Source: Dehalococcoidia bacterium
Lineage (GTDB): Bacteria; Chloroflexota; Dehalococcoidia; Lucifugimonadales; UBA3495
Assembly: GCA_034422655.1 (NCBI GenBank)
Contig: DAOUJN010000017.1
Span: 1,142-65,141 of the forward strand
Length of the DNA stretch: 64,000 nucleotides
Direction of reading: 5' to 3'
The translations under genes and the position numbers were made by a program. The notes beneath the pieces were generated by a model. That model searched no databases. It was not told the origin of the DNA and was given only the letters and a program-made list of their open reading frames with translations. Below, piece after piece: positions 46,877 through 58,564 of the stretch. The number at the start of each line of letters is the position of its first letter. Position 1 is the stretch's first letter.

Positions 46877-47113
46877 TCAAGCGGGAAGGTGTTCGGCATT
46901 TACGGCCCCCAGGAATGGTTTAAGGATGACGTCGGCCCGCTCCACTTCGCCAATGCGAATTCCCACGATCCTCGTATGATCTTCCGGGTCATGGAAAACC
47001 ACTACATCCTTGGCAATAGTTTGTCCCACACCCAAAGGTCGACCGGTCTCAATATAGAGATATCCCGACTCGGAGTAATAGGTTACTATTGGCTGCTCTA
47101 GCGTATCTCCCAT
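46877..47113 (-). CDS. DUF2283-like putative antitoxin
   Basis: VTYYSESGYLYIE...DVVVFHD...IVGIRI. Confidence 0.7.
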   Translation of the reverse strand: MGDTLEQPIVTYYSESGYLYIETGRPLGVGQTIAKDVVVFHDPEDHTRIVGIRIGEVERADVILKPFLGAVNAEHLPA

Positions 47114-47433
47114 GGTGAACCTCCGTATGCACCATTCAGGCGCCAGTCCGAATAGGCTGTCTCCAGTTTGCCATCTACCAGCACTATTTTCACCCAGTAA
47201 TGCCAGCCGGTTATGCGCCCTACCACGATGTCCACCTGTTCCCCGGTGCCGGGGCGGTTCTCCATCCAGCGATCAAAAGGCGCTGCCATTATCATCGGCA
47301 CCCACTCAGGCCGGATTTTGCTATGCCGGTCGAGAATTGTCTCGCCGTGTGCCGTCTTGGGCATGTCGTCGTACTGTTGCCTCAAGCGGAAAAGGGACGG
47401 TGAATGCTGGTTTTCCGGCTCCATTATAACCAC
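47098..47433 (-). CDS. Putative RelE/DUF4258-like toxin (start may be ATG 47364)
   Basis: Small ORF overlapping the DUF2283-like gene; RH...WVKIVLVDGKLETAY. Confidence 0.5.
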   Translation of the reverse strand: MVIMEPENQHSPSLFRLRQQYDDMPKTAHGETILDRHSKIRPEWVPMIMAAPFDRWMENRPGTGEQVDIVVGRITGWHYWVKIVLVDGKLETAYSDWRLNGAYGGSPWEIR

Positions 47434-47552
47434 GGGATGTGTTGGACTATTGCGTTAGCGCACAGGATGCCGGAGCATCGGCTCCCTTCCCCCTGCTCAA
47501 CTGCCGGGCCGTGTTTGACCCTGGTTATGGTCTCAAATCTTTTGTATCCGGC

Positions 47553-49229
<1,677 letters not shown>

Positions 49230-49354
49230 AATGACCCCTTCAATGGTTCAACCTATCACGCAGGGAGAATAGGGTCAAGGCGAGGAAGGTTAAGCCAATA
49301 GCTCACGCTTGGGGGAGACTCCCATGCCTAATCCCTAACACCACCCCCCGAAAC

Positions 49355-49490
49355 CGTCATACCGGCCCCACTACCATCATACCGGCGCCACTACCGTCAT
49401 ACCGGCGAAAGCCGGTATCCAGGAATCTTGCCTTCCAACATGTCGCAGGTTTACTTCCCTTCCTGGCCTCCAACCGTCGCCGGATGGACG
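49355..49490 (+). repeat. Two 20-nt tandem copies of the REP start followed by a 96-bp CGTC composite
   Basis: CGTCATACCGGCCCCACTAC / CATCATACCGGCGCCACTAC / CGTCATACCGGCGAAAGCCGGTATCCAG. Confidence 0.75.
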
Positions 49491-49548
49491 CCTACGTAGG
49501 CCAGCCGGTTTCCCCCTGCCCCGTAAAGTGACCAGGCCGCCCCTTTCC

Positions 49549-49578
49549 TTGACAACCTCAGCCCCAAAATCCTACAAT
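49549..49578 (+). promoter_or_regulatory. SigA-type promoter
   Basis: TTGACA-18 nt-TACAAT upstream of the HMGL-like gene. Confidence 0.7.
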
Positions 49579-49635
49579 CCCGCCAATTCCAACCAGCCAA
49601 AAAGCCTTCAATTCTTCAACTAAAGGAGGAATCTA

Positions 49636-50820
49636 ATGTACGACTGGCCCAAGGTAATCTATAAGGAAGAAGGCATGCGCGAAGGCATGCAGATTGAAGA
49701 TTCCGCTATCGGCGTTGACGACAAGATTGAACTGCTGGATGCTCTTTCCGAGACCGGCCTGCAGCAGATTGTTGTCGGCTCCTTTGTCAGCCCCAGGTGG
49801 ACGCCCCAGATGGAGCGGATCGATGAAATCGTAACCCGCTTCAACCCCAATCCCGACGTTACCTACACCGCTCTGGCGCTGAACTCCCGCGGCGTGGAGC
49901 GGGCCCGGGCCTATTCCCCGCCCCTGACCATCGAGCGGGACCCCTATCCGCGCCTTAACTGTCACATGTGCGACGTTTTCGTCCGCCGCAACACCAACCG
50001 CTCCCAGATGGAAGAGATGGAGCGCTGGCCCCAGATAGTGGCCCAGGCCCAGGAACTCAACATAAGGGAAGCCGGTATCGGCTGCAACGCCAGCTGGGGT
50101 TCCAACTTCCTGGGCGAATTCCCCGTGGACAGCCTGATGACTCTGTTCGAAAAGCAGCACGGCATGTGGGACGAAGTTGGCATCAAGGTGGTTAGCTGCT
50201 CCATGGGCGACCCCATGAGTCACTGCACCCCCGCCAAGGTGGAAGAGAGCATCACCCGGGTCAAGGAACGCTGGCCCGAAATCAACCACTTCCGCCTGCA
50301 CCTGCATAACGGCCGCAACATGGCCATCGCCTCGGCCTACGCCGCCCTGCGCACCCTGGGCCCCGAAGACACCGTGGAACTGGACGGCACCATCGGCGGC
50401 TACGGCGGCTGCCCCTACTGCGGCAACGGTCGCGCCACCGGCATGGCCCCCACCGAAGACCTGCTCCACATGATGGAAGACATGGGTGTGGAGACGGGTG
50501 TGGATATCGACAAGGTCATTGACTGCGTCTGGATGGCAGAGCGCATCATCGGCCGCGAACTCTTCGGCCACGTCTCCAAGGCCGGCCCCCGCCCCAAGCG
50601 CGTCGAGCAGCTTTACGACATGAACATGCCTTTCGTGGAAACCCTGGAGCAGGCCCGCCACTTCAAGGAAGGCCCCGGCGTCTACGAAGGCGGCATCTAC
50701 CCCTACCGCGAGCCCATCGCCAGCCCCTACCGCGAGCGGGTAGAAAACGGCCAGCCAGCCTTCGACGGACCGGAAGGCGACTTCCCTTGGAAGCAGGACT
50801 GGTTCCCGGCCAGGGACTAG
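49636..50820 (+). CDS. Divergent HMG-CoA lyase-like (DRE-TIM metallolyase) protein
   Basis: EEGMREGMQIE, VGSFVSPRWTPQM, HLHNG, GGYGGCPYC, PTEDL. Confidence 0.82.
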   Translation: MYDWPKVIYKEEGMREGMQIEDSAIGVDDKIELLDALSETGLQQIVVGSFVSPRWTPQMERIDEIVTRFNPNPDVTYTALALNSRGVERARAYSPPLTIERDPYPRLNCHMCDVFVRRNTNRSQMEEMERWPQIVAQAQELNIREAGIGCNASWGSNFLGEFPVDSLMTLFEKQHGMWDEVGIKVVSCSMGDPMSHCTPAKVEESITRVKERWPEINHFRLHLHNGRNMAIASAYAALRTLGPEDTVELDGTIGGYGGCPYCGNGRATGMAPTEDLLHMMEDMGVETGVDIDKVIDCVWMAERIIGRELFGHVSKAGPRPKRVEQLYDMNMPFVETLEQARHFKEGPGVYEGGIYPYREPIASPYRERVENGQPAFDGPEGDFPWKQDWFPARD

Positions 50821-50845
50821 GCGGGACTCCCTCCGTTCAGTTGGT

Positions 50846-50908
50846 TTACAACCGCAGGGGCGGGTTTCACCCGCTTACAACCGTAGGGGCGGGTTTGCAA
50901 CCCGCCCT
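50846..50908 (+). repeat. Tandem GTAG-type REPs (one degenerate)
   Basis: TTACAACCGCAGGGGCGGGTTTC...TTACAACCGTAGGGGCGGGTTTGCAACCCGCCC, 29-nt period. Confidence 0.75.
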
Positions 50909-50982
50909 TGCCTCAGTCCAAACATGCTCCAATCCTGTCATTAGTGTATAATAGGCGCAGAACCTAACGGGAGGACGCGATT

Positions 50983-51192
50983 ATGGCAAAGCAGAAAGAA
51001 CGAATTACCGCCCCACGCGCATTCCTGGAAGGTCTGGCCCGCATTTTCGACCCCTTTTCGAATATAGATTCTACGGCCAACCGGAAGTCAGTGGCTGAAC
51101 AGTTCCAGGAAGACTGGGAAAAGATAGGCCGTGATATGAAGTCCGTTTTCCCTGACATTGAGGAACAGGTCAAGGAAGGTCGCGGGCAATAA
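50983..51192 (+). CDS. Small hypothetical protein
   Basis: AFLEGLARIFDPF...FQEDWEKIGRDMK; GGAGG RBS, upstream TATAAT. Confidence 0.7.
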   Translation: MAKQKERITAPRAFLEGLARIFDPFSNIDSTANRKSVAEQFQEDWEKIGRDMKSVFPDIEEQVKEGRGQ

Positions 51193-51208
51193 CGGTTGGC
51201 TTGTTGTA

Positions 51209-51661
51209 ATGGAAGAAAGCGCATCCACCAATATCCAGCAGAATCAGCCTGCCGATTGGCAGGCTGATGTTGTTCCTGAAGATGGCCCTGCCTTCACCAT
51301 TTCTGCGCATGCCTGGATTGGACCGCTCCCCGATCCGATCACAATGGAACGCTATGATAGCCTGGTGCCCGGAGCAGCCGAAAGGTTCCTTGTGCTGTTG
51401 GAGGACGAAGTAACACATCGCCAGACAATGGATCATCGCGAGTCTCGGCGACGTGATTGGGGATTAATTTCCGCATTTGTAGTGGTCGTTCTTATCGTAG
51501 CTGCCGGGGCAGGCTTGATCTATCTGGGCCACGGCTGGGCCGGCGCGGCGGTTATCGGTGTCAATATCGTAGGGCTGGCCGCCGTCTTCATTACTGGTGG
51601 ATTTCGTTGGCGACGCTCCTCTGTGCGTGCCATCAGCCCTGATAGCCAGATACGCCATTAG
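51209..51661 (+). CDS. DUF2335-like membrane protein
   Basis: WIGPLPDP...YDSLVPGAAER...E..HRQ followed by two TM helices. Confidence 0.8.
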   Translation: MEESASTNIQQNQPADWQADVVPEDGPAFTISAHAWIGPLPDPITMERYDSLVPGAAERFLVLLEDEVTHRQTMDHRESRRRDWGLISAFVVVVLIVAAGAGLIYLGHGWAGAAVIGVNIVGLAAVFITGGFRWRRSSVRAISPDSQIRH

Positions 51662-51719
51662 GTAGAATTGCTTCCGAAAGACTGCTGGATATCATAACCC
51701 CATTCATAGGAGACTCCCC

Positions 51720-52301
51720 ATGACCACCACCCCAACAGACCCCAACCAAATCAGGCTTACCGGCGAAAATTCCTTTATCCGGCTCTCCCACGATGGCGGC
51801 GCCAACCAGGCCACCCGCGTCAGCCACTGGCGGGTCCTGTACTCGCCGGCCGGCGCCGGCCACGTCCTCTTCATGAAGAGCGACGAAACTGACAATGAAG
51901 TGCGCATCTACGCCGACAACATCGCCCTGGCCCGCTGGTTGCAGGACGAAATCGAATGCCTGCTTTTCCCCGATTTTGCCGACCAGGACATTCCGGTAAC
52001 CGACGCCGAGTTCACCAAGTCCGGCGACGTGCGCTCTTTCTGGACCGAGAAGATACTCAGCGACGAGGATGAAATCCACCTGACCTGGTACGACTTCCTG
52101 GAACCCTACATGCTTCGAGTCGAGGCCGGGACCGTGCCGGGGCGGCCCCACGGCGTTTACAGTTGCTTCATCCCTTCACGCCGGGCCCAGATGACGCTGA
52201 ACGGCAATGTGGTGGAGGGAGAACCCTGGCTCGAAATGCGGGGCGACAAGCAGAGCAGCAGCGCTTGCCTGGCCTGGTCCGAAACCTGGGTGCGCCCCTA
52301 G
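51720..52301 (+). CDS. Hypothetical protein
   Basis: 193-aa ORF with RBS and host-like codon usage. Confidence 0.75.
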   Translation: MTTTPTDPNQIRLTGENSFIRLSHDGGANQATRVSHWRVLYSPAGAGHVLFMKSDETDNEVRIYADNIALARWLQDEIECLLFPDFADQDIPVTDAEFTKSGDVRSFWTEKILSDEDEIHLTWYDFLEPYMLRVEAGTVPGRPHGVYSCFIPSRRAQMTLNGNVVEGEPWLEMRGDKQSSSACLAWSETWVRP

Positions 52302-52315
52302 TCCCTATCCCAATT

Positions 52316-52355
52316 TCCCTTCCCCCTTGATGGGGGAAGGTCAGGATGGGGGTGA
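52316..52355 (+). repeat. CCCTTCCCCCTTGACGGGGGAAGG-family repeat
   Basis: TCCCTTCCCCCTTGATGGGGGAAGGTCAGGATGGGGGTGA. Confidence 0.85.
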
Positions 52356-52433
52356 ACTCCAATTGCACCAAATCCTCTGAGGACCTTGTCCTCTTCCGAC
52401 GTGCATTCGTAACGTGAAAAGAGGTGGAACCTG

Positions 52434-53093
52434 ATGGCCCAGCAAGAGATTAGCGGAGACTCACCGGCAATCGCTCTCTTCCCCCAGTTCCGGCAGGAAA
52501 TCTACGACATGTACCGCCAGGAACTGGCCGGCCTGACCGACGAACAACTGGACTTCACTTCCGACCGTTGGGGCTGGAGCGAATGGAGCATCCGCTTCAA
52601 CCTGAGCCACGTGGCTTCCGGCGACTTCCGCTGGCTGCTTCAGCGGTGGGGTGAAAACCTGTTCACCGATGGGTTGCCGGAAATTGACGACTGGGATGGG
52701 ATAATAGACTCCCCCTACGACCGTCGCCTCGACGAGACCAGGTACTGGGAAGTTGACGACATATTTGCGGTCCTGCGGAAAAGCCTGGACTTCATCTGCT
52801 TGGTTCTGGAGTCGGAGACGGTGGACTCCATGCGCGGCAAGGAGTTGCGCAGTTCCGTTGGCGGCCAACTGCATTGGCTGGAAGCCCACCCCAACGGCGT
52901 CCGGGAAGACCCGAATGACCCGCCGTGGGGTTACATCAACCTGGAAGCCACCTTCCGGCACCGCTATTTCGAGTACATGACCCACCTCTACAACATCCAG
53001 CGGCTCAAGAAGGCCCAGGGCCTGGAGGCTGTAGTGGACGTTCCTTTCGTGGGCTACCACGCCCTGCCCGACTGGGACCGCAGCGAACCCTGA
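52434..53093 (+). CDS. DinB family protein
   Basis: WSIRFNLSHVA...EYMTHLYNI four-helix DinB pattern. Confidence 0.75.
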   Translation: MAQQEISGDSPAIALFPQFRQEIYDMYRQELAGLTDEQLDFTSDRWGWSEWSIRFNLSHVASGDFRWLLQRWGENLFTDGLPEIDDWDGIIDSPYDRRLDETRYWEVDDIFAVLRKSLDFICLVLESETVDSMRGKELRSSVGGQLHWLEAHPNGVREDPNDPPWGYINLEATFRHRYFEYMTHLYNIQRLKKAQGLEAVVDVPFVGYHALPDWDRSEP

Positions 53094-53130
53094 CCATTCA
53101 ACAGCATTGTAATGTCGGGTCGGAGCTTAG

Positions 53131-53159
53131 CCGTCATTCCGGCGAAAGCCGGAATCCAG
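53131..53159 (+). repeat. Single CGTC-type REP
   Basis: CGTCATTCCGGCGAAAGCCGGAATCCAG. Confidence 0.85.
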
Positions 53160-53197
53160 CGCCTTTCCTGTCGGCGTTTGGACCTCATCCTGGTTTG

Positions 53198-53977
53198 TCA
53201 GACCCCTAGCGGCGCAATACCCAGCCGCTCCCTGGCCAGGGTCAACGCCCAGACCGTTGACGCCCCGTTAGCTAGGAGCGTTTCCGCGCAGGCGTTCAAT
53301 GTACTTCCCGTCGTGCAGACGTCGTCAACCAGGATGCAGGCCGCGCCCGCAATGTTCCCGCCGCAGGCAAAGGCCCCTGCCGTATTGGCCCTCCGCAGGT
53401 TGCCGTCCACGCTGTGGACTTGGGGAGGCGTGTTCCGGGTGCGGGCCAAAAGCCCTCTCTCGACCCGCAACCCGGCGGCTTTGCCGATTTCCACGGCCAG
53501 CAGTTCCGCTTGGTTGTAACCCCGCTCCCGCAGTTTCTTTGGGTGCAGCGGCACCGGCACAAGCACATCCCCCGGCAGAGGATTCTCCCCCAGGTAGCTT
53601 GCCATCAACTTAGCCAGGCAGGTTGCCGCCACCCGGTGGTTCCGGTACTTGAAGCAGTGGATGGCTTCCCTGAGCAGTCCCGCCATCTGGTAAGGCGATC
53701 GAATGCCGGAGATGTGGCCTGAAGAGGTCATCTGTTGGTCCCGGCAGGTTCGGCACAAGCCGACGACGCCCGGGTCGGCGCAAATGTCGCAGAAGGGAGG
53801 TTCCAGGGGGACGAGCGAGGGGACGCAGGTGGGACAAATAATGTCTCCCTGCCGCCCGCAACCGAGGCAGTGTATGGGCAGGACCAGGTTCAGGGCCGAC
53901 CTTGCGCCGCCGCCCAACAGCGACCACAGCAGATTTCGCAGGCTTCCCTCCCCGGAAATTGGACTACCCATTAACAT
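53198..53977 (-). CDS. comF: ComF family protein (zinc ribbon + phosphoribosyltransferase)
   Basis: CLGC/CPTC/CDIC/CRTC, VPVPLH...[18 protein letters not shown]. Confidence 0.93.
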   Translation of the reverse strand: MLMGSPISGEGSLRNLLWSLLGGGARSALNLVLPIHCLGCGRQGDIICPTCVPSLVPLEPPFCDICADPGVVGLCRTCRDQQMTSSGHISGIRSPYQMAGLLREAIHCFKYRNHRVAATCLAKLMASYLGENPLPGDVLVPVPLHPKKLRERGYNQAELLAVEIGKAAGLRVERGLLARTRNTPPQVHSVDGNLRRANTAGAFACGGNIAGAACILVDDVCTTGSTLNACAETLLANGASTVWALTLARERLGIAPLGV

Positions 53978-54483
53978 GGGGCCTGCTCGCTGCCCCCTGC
54001 GCCATTGGCCCAGCTTTGTAAAATGCGCGAATCCCCGGGGAAAGCCATGGCTGGCAGGTCGTCCAGGTCGAAGAACCCCACGTCCAGCGCTTCCGAGCCC
54101 GGCGCCAGCTTGCCGCCCGACTCCATGCCGCTGAAGGCAGCCACAATCACCGGTTTGCCCGCTTCCGAGAACACTCCAACCAGGCCGGTGATTTCCACCT
54201 CCAGGCCCGTTTCCTCCAGCACCTCTCGGGCGGCGGCCACTTCTACCACCTCACCCCGGTCAACGTAGCCGCCGGGGACACTCCACAGCCCGTATCCGGG
54301 CTGGTTGGCGCGGCGGACTAGCAGCACCCTGCCATTCCGGCTGATAATGGTGACGGCGGCTACCTTGGGGTCGTAATACACCACGCGGCCGCAGTTCGGA
54401 CACACTGGCCGCATGGCCCCGTTGTTTTGGCGCGCTTCCAGCACGGTGGCGCAGACTGAGCAGAATTTGTCACCCTGTTGCAT
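53971..54483 (-). CDS. Nudix hydrolase with N-terminal zinc ribbon
   Basis: CSVC...[28 protein letters not shown] Nudix box. Confidence 0.93.
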   Translation of the reverse strand: MQQGDKFCSVCATVLEARQNNGAMRPVCPNCGRVVYYDPKVAAVTIISRNGRVLLVRRANQPGYGLWSVPGGYVDRGEVVEVAAAREVLEETGLEVEITGLVGVFSEAGKPVIVAAFSGMESGGKLAPGSEALDVGFFDLDDLPAMAFPGDSRILQSWANGAGGSEQAPC

Positions 54484-54498
54484 GGGTCAGCCTGGGAA

Positions 54499-55443
54499 TC
54501 AGCTTTTCATCCTGGAACGCAGCAGCGCATCAACCTCGGCGCGGGATGGCATGGCGTCCTGGGCGCCGCTCCTGGTAACGGACAGGGCCCCCGCCGCTGA
54601 CGCAATCCGCACGGCGCTCGCCAGGTCGCAGCCCTCGCCCAGTGCCACGGCCAGCGCTCCATTGAATGCGTCGCCGGCGCCCACCGAGTCCACCGCATCC
54701 ACTTCAAAGGCGGGCACGAATCCGCTGCCAGTCGCGGTGGCATACCAGGCCCCCTGGGGCCCCAGGGTTACGATGGCGGCGCCCACGCCCCTGCCCAAGA
54801 GGGTTTCAGCGGCGCGGGCCGCCGATTCCCGGTCGGTGACGGGTTCGCCCACCAGGGCCTGCGCGTCCGTCTCGTTGGGGGTGATGATATCGCAGCAGGA
54901 ATAGAAGGCCTCGGGCACCGGGCGCACCGGGCTGGGGTCCAGGATTACGCGCACGCCGCGCTCCTTCGCCGCCTGGGCGCACCGGAGGGACAAGTCAACG
55001 GACACCTCCAGTTGAAGCAACAGGGCCGACGCGCCGTCCAGGAGGTCAATGACACGGGCTTCTTCTTCCTCGCCGCAGGTGCTGTTGGCGCCCAGCACCT
55101 GGATGATCTGGTTCTGGGCCGAGTCGTCGATGCTGATGACGGCGATGCCGGTGCTGGCGTCGCCGCTGATTCCCACCGGCGAAACGTCCACGCCGGCGTC
55201 GACCAAAGCCTTGAGGGCCTGCGGGGCGAAAATGTCGTCGCCTACCCGGCCCACCATGGACGCTTGCGCCCCCATCCGTCCGGCGGCGACCGCCTGGTTG
55301 GCGCCCTTGCCCCCGCCGTAGGTCAGGAACTGCCGCCCCACCACGGTTTCGCCGGCCGCGGGAAAGCGGGGCGTCATGGTAACCAGGTCTATATTTATCC
55401 CGCCCAGGACAACTACCCGGGGCGGTTGCCGTCCACTGGTCAT
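54499..55443 (-). CDS. rbsK: Ribokinase (PfkB family)
   Basis: GGKGANQAVAA, TPNETDA, DSVGAGDAFNG. Confidence 0.92.
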   Translation of the reverse strand: MTSGRQPPRVVVLGGINIDLVTMTPRFPAAGETVVGRQFLTYGGGKGANQAVAAGRMGAQASMVGRVGDDIFAPQALKALVDAGVDVSPVGISGDASTGIAVISIDDSAQNQIIQVLGANSTCGEEEEARVIDLLDGASALLLQLEVSVDLSLRCAQAAKERGVRVILDPSPVRPVPEAFYSCCDIITPNETDAQALVGEPVTDRESAARAAETLLGRGVGAAIVTLGPQGAWYATATGSGFVPAFEVDAVDSVGAGDAFNGALAVALGEGCDLASAVRIASAAGALSVTRSGAQDAMPSRAEVDALLRSRMKS

Positions 55444-55588
55444 AATGTTCCGCTTCCAATACTAAAGCTAAACCTACCACCCCGCTCAAGCAACGGTCAA
55501 CGCCTCAGTCTCCAAGACACTTAGTCCGTGCTATAATCCCGGCGCAGTCCTGTAAGCACGGGCTGACAAGAAGAGGAAATGGCTTAGC

Positions 55589-56785
55589 ATGGCTGCGGCT
55601 CTCGAAAAAATTAAGGTCGTGGACCTGACCCGAACCCTGGCGGGCCCCTTCTGCACCATGATGCTCGGCGACATGGGCGCCGACGTCATCAAAATCGAGG
55701 AGCCGGAACGCGGCGACGAAACCCGTTCCTGGACCCCCTTCTGGAACGGCGAAAGCACCCAGTTCGTTTCCTTCAACCGCAACAAGCGCAGCCTCAGCCT
55801 CAACCTGCGGGAGAAGGAGGGCCTGGATATAGTCCGCAACCTTGCCAAAGATGCGGACGTAATGATCGAGAGCTTCCGCGCCGGCGCGCTGGACCGCATG
55901 GGCCTGGGCTACGAGGAGATTTCCGCCATCAACCCCGGCATCATCTATTGCTCCATTTCCGGCTACGGCCGCACCGGCCCCATGGCGGAAAAGCCGGGCT
56001 ATGACCTGATAATCCAGGCCTACAGCGGCCTGATGGATTTGACCGGCGAACCCGACGGTCTGCCCCTGCGGGTGGGCTTTTCCCTGGTTGACCTGTTCAC
56101 CGGCATGATGTGTTTTGGCTCGGTGGTAACCGCGCTCTACCACCGGAAGGAGACCGGGCAGGGCCAGCGCCTGGAAGCCTCGCTGCTGGACGGCCAGGTT
56201 TCGGCCCTCAGCTATCACGCCACCGCCTACATGGCTACCGGCGTGGTGCCCCAGCGCATGGGCTCCGGCCATCCCAGCCTGGTCCCCTACCAGAGCTTCC
56301 AGGCTTCCGACGGTTACTTCATCCTCGGCGTGGCCAACCAGGGCCTGTGGGAGCGCTTCTGCGAGGGCATAGGCCGCCCCGACCTGCTGCAAGACCCTCG
56401 CTTCCGCACCAACGACGACCGGGTAGCCCACCGGGCCGAGTGCGTTGAGGTCCTGGGCGCCATTTTCCGCGAAAAGACCGTGGCCGAGTGGGTGGACATA
56501 ATCGAACAGTGCGGCGTCCCCTGCGGCCCCATCAACCGGGTGGACGACGTGGTCAACGACCCCCAGGTCAATGCCCGCAACATGATTGCCCAGCTAGAAC
56601 ACCCCAACGTCCCCGAACTCAGGATACCCAACTCCCCCCTCAAGCTGGCGGAGACGCCCGCCGTAATCAAGCGACCGCCGCCCCTCCTAGGCCAGCACAA
56701 CGAAGAAATACTCGGCGAACTCGGCTACAGCGCCGAAGCAATCAACAAATTCAGGGCAAAGGGCGTAATCGGCAAAGGCCCGTAA
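55589..56785 (+). CDS. Family III CoA transferase (CaiB/BaiF)
   Basis: LAGPFCTMMLGDMGADVIKIE, NRNKRS, GYGRTGP, GYDLIIQA. Confidence 0.95.
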   Translation: MAAALEKIKVVDLTRTLAGPFCTMMLGDMGADVIKIEEPERGDETRSWTPFWNGESTQFVSFNRNKRSLSLNLREKEGLDIVRNLAKDADVMIESFRAGALDRMGLGYEEISAINPGIIYCSISGYGRTGPMAEKPGYDLIIQAYSGLMDLTGEPDGLPLRVGFSLVDLFTGMMCFGSVVTALYHRKETGQGQRLEASLLDGQVSALSYHATAYMATGVVPQRMGSGHPSLVPYQSFQASDGYFILGVANQGLWERFCEGIGRPDLLQDPRFRTNDDRVAHRAECVEVLGAIFREKTVAEWVDIIEQCGVPCGPINRVDDVVNDPQVNARNMIAQLEHPNVPELRIPNSPLKLAETPAVIKRPPPLLGQHNEEILGELGYSAEAINKFRAKGVIGKGP

Positions 56786-56813
56786 GCGCTCCCTTCATAG
56801 AGGTCTGAACAAG

Positions 56814-56853
56814 TCCCTTCCCCCTTGATGGGGGAAGGGTAGGATGGGGGTGA
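56814..56853 (+). repeat. CCCTTCCCCCTTGACGGGGGAAGG-family repeat
   Basis: TCCCTTCCCCCTTGATGGGGGAAGGGTAGGATGGGGGTGA. Confidence 0.85.
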
Positions 56854-56893
56854 AGACTCAATTCACACACCCCCGCATTCAGGAACGGTAAAT

Positions 56894-57679
56894 TTGCCAA
56901 GCAAACAGAAAATCCGCCTAATCCACACCTCCGACACCCACCTGGGCGACGACTGGCGAGTCGACCGCACCGAAGCCGCCTTCGCCCGGGTCATCGACAG
57001 CGTGAACCACTTCGATGCCGACGCCCTGCTGGTGGTCGGCGATGTCTTCGACCACGCCCGCGTCTCCGACCGGGTGCTGGAATTCTACCTGCAGCAGGTC
57101 TCCCGCCTGGGCCGGCCGGTAATAACCCTGCCAGGAAACCACGACCTCTATCATCAGGACTCCCTGTATCGTCGGGAACCTTTCCGGGACTCCCCCGCCA
57201 ACTTTTTCCTGTTGACCGGGGCGGATGGAGAGACCATTACCCTGCCCCACTTGGGCCTCGATGTCTGGGGCCGCGCCATGACCGAGCATACCCCCGAGTT
57301 CCGGCCCCTGGACGGCATGCCCCCGGCCAGGGAAAGTTTCTGGCTCGTGGCCCTGGCCCACGCCCATTTCCACTTCCCCAACGACACCGAAAATCGCTCT
57401 TCGCCAATCTGGCCCCACGAGGTCAGGGAAGCCCCTTGTCACTACCTGGCTCTGGGCCACTGGGAACGCCACGTAGAAGTCTCGCAGGGAGACACCCAGG
57501 CCTGGTATTCGGGCTCTCCCCTGGGCGCCGCCCCAGATTACGACCACATATCCGTCAACCTGGTTGACCTGGACCCGCTTGCTGGAGTAACGGTAACGCA
57601 AGCCTTACTTCCCTTGGAGACTCCGGCGGAAACGTACTTGATAGAAGCGGCGGTCACTGCCGCGCGGGAGGAATCATGA
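56894..57679 (+). CDS. SbcD/Mre11-like metallophosphoesterase
   Basis: HTSDTHLG, VGDVFD, PGNHD, ALGHW, YSGSP. Confidence 0.88.
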   Translation: MPSKQKIRLIHTSDTHLGDDWRVDRTEAAFARVIDSVNHFDADALLVVGDVFDHARVSDRVLEFYLQQVSRLGRPVITLPGNHDLYHQDSLYRREPFRDSPANFFLLTGADGETITLPHLGLDVWGRAMTEHTPEFRPLDGMPPARESFWLVALAHAHFHFPNDTENRSSPIWPHEVREAPCHYLALGHWERHVEVSQGDTQAWYSGSPLGAAPDYDHISVNLVDLDPLAGVTVTQALLPLETPAETYLIEAAVTAAREES

Positions 57680-58548
57680 AGCACCTGAGCAGGGAGCAGC
57701 GAATCTACTACCTGGACCCGGAAGGAGAGCCGGCCATCACCATTGATTCCGGCGAAGAACTGATGGTGGAGACCTGGGACGCCTTCGAAGGGCTGCGTGA
57801 CCCCGTCCAACTTGACGCCAAGGCCCTCAAGGGGCCGGCCACCGGACCCATCTACGTCAACGGCGCCGAACCCGGCGACGCCCTGAAGGTGGAGTTCCTG
57901 TCAATCAAACCCAAGGAGGGGCCGGCCCACATGGTCATGCCGGGCCGCGGCTTCCTGGAGGAAGAGTTCACCGAGGGTTACCCCACCGTCATGACCATCG
58001 AGGGCGGCCAACTGGTCCTGCCCAGCGGCATCCGCCTGAACCTGAACCCGTCCATGGGCCTGGTTGCCACCACCCCCACCTACGTCCAGAACACCGCCAG
58101 CGACAGCGGCCCCTACGGCGGCGACATCGACATGAAGGAACTGGTGGAGGGCAGCACAATCTACATGCCCGTGTTCGTGGACGGCGGCCTGCTGGCCATG
58201 GGCGACTGCCATGCCGTGGTGGGCGACGGCGCCGTGGCCGGTACCGGCGCCGAGTGTTCCGCCGACACCCACATTCGCGTAACCGTCGAAAAGGGCATGA
58301 ACATCGCCAGCCCCCGGGCCCTTACTCCCGACCACTTCGTCGTCCTGTCCTACGGCGAGGACCTGGCCCCGGCCATGAAGCAGGCCGTGCGGGAAATGGT
58401 CGACTTCCTGGTCAACGAAAAGGGCATGGCCCCCTACGACGCCTACACCCTTTGCAGCCTGGCCGGCGACGTCCGGGTCTCCCGCACCTTCCGCCCCATC
58501 AGCCCGGTGAAGATGATGCTCTCCCGGGAGGCCCTGGCCCAGCTTTAG
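57676..58548 (+). CDS. Acetamidase/formamidase family protein
   Basis: ATGPIYVNGAEPGDAL, YGGDID, GDCHAVVGDGAV.GTGAE. Confidence 0.92.
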   Translation: MKHLSREQRIYYLDPEGEPAITIDSGEELMVETWDAFEGLRDPVQLDAKALKGPATGPIYVNGAEPGDALKVEFLSIKPKEGPAHMVMPGRGFLEEEFTEGYPTVMTIEGGQLVLPSGIRLNLNPSMGLVATTPTYVQNTASDSGPYGGDIDMKELVEGSTIYMPVFVDGGLLAMGDCHAVVGDGAVAGTGAECSADTHIRVTVEKGMNIASPRALTPDHFVVLSYGEDLAPAMKQAVREMVDFLVNEKGMAPYDAYTLCSLAGDVRVSRTFRPISPVKMMLSREALAQL

Positions 58549-58564
58549 GGAAGATCTGAACCAA

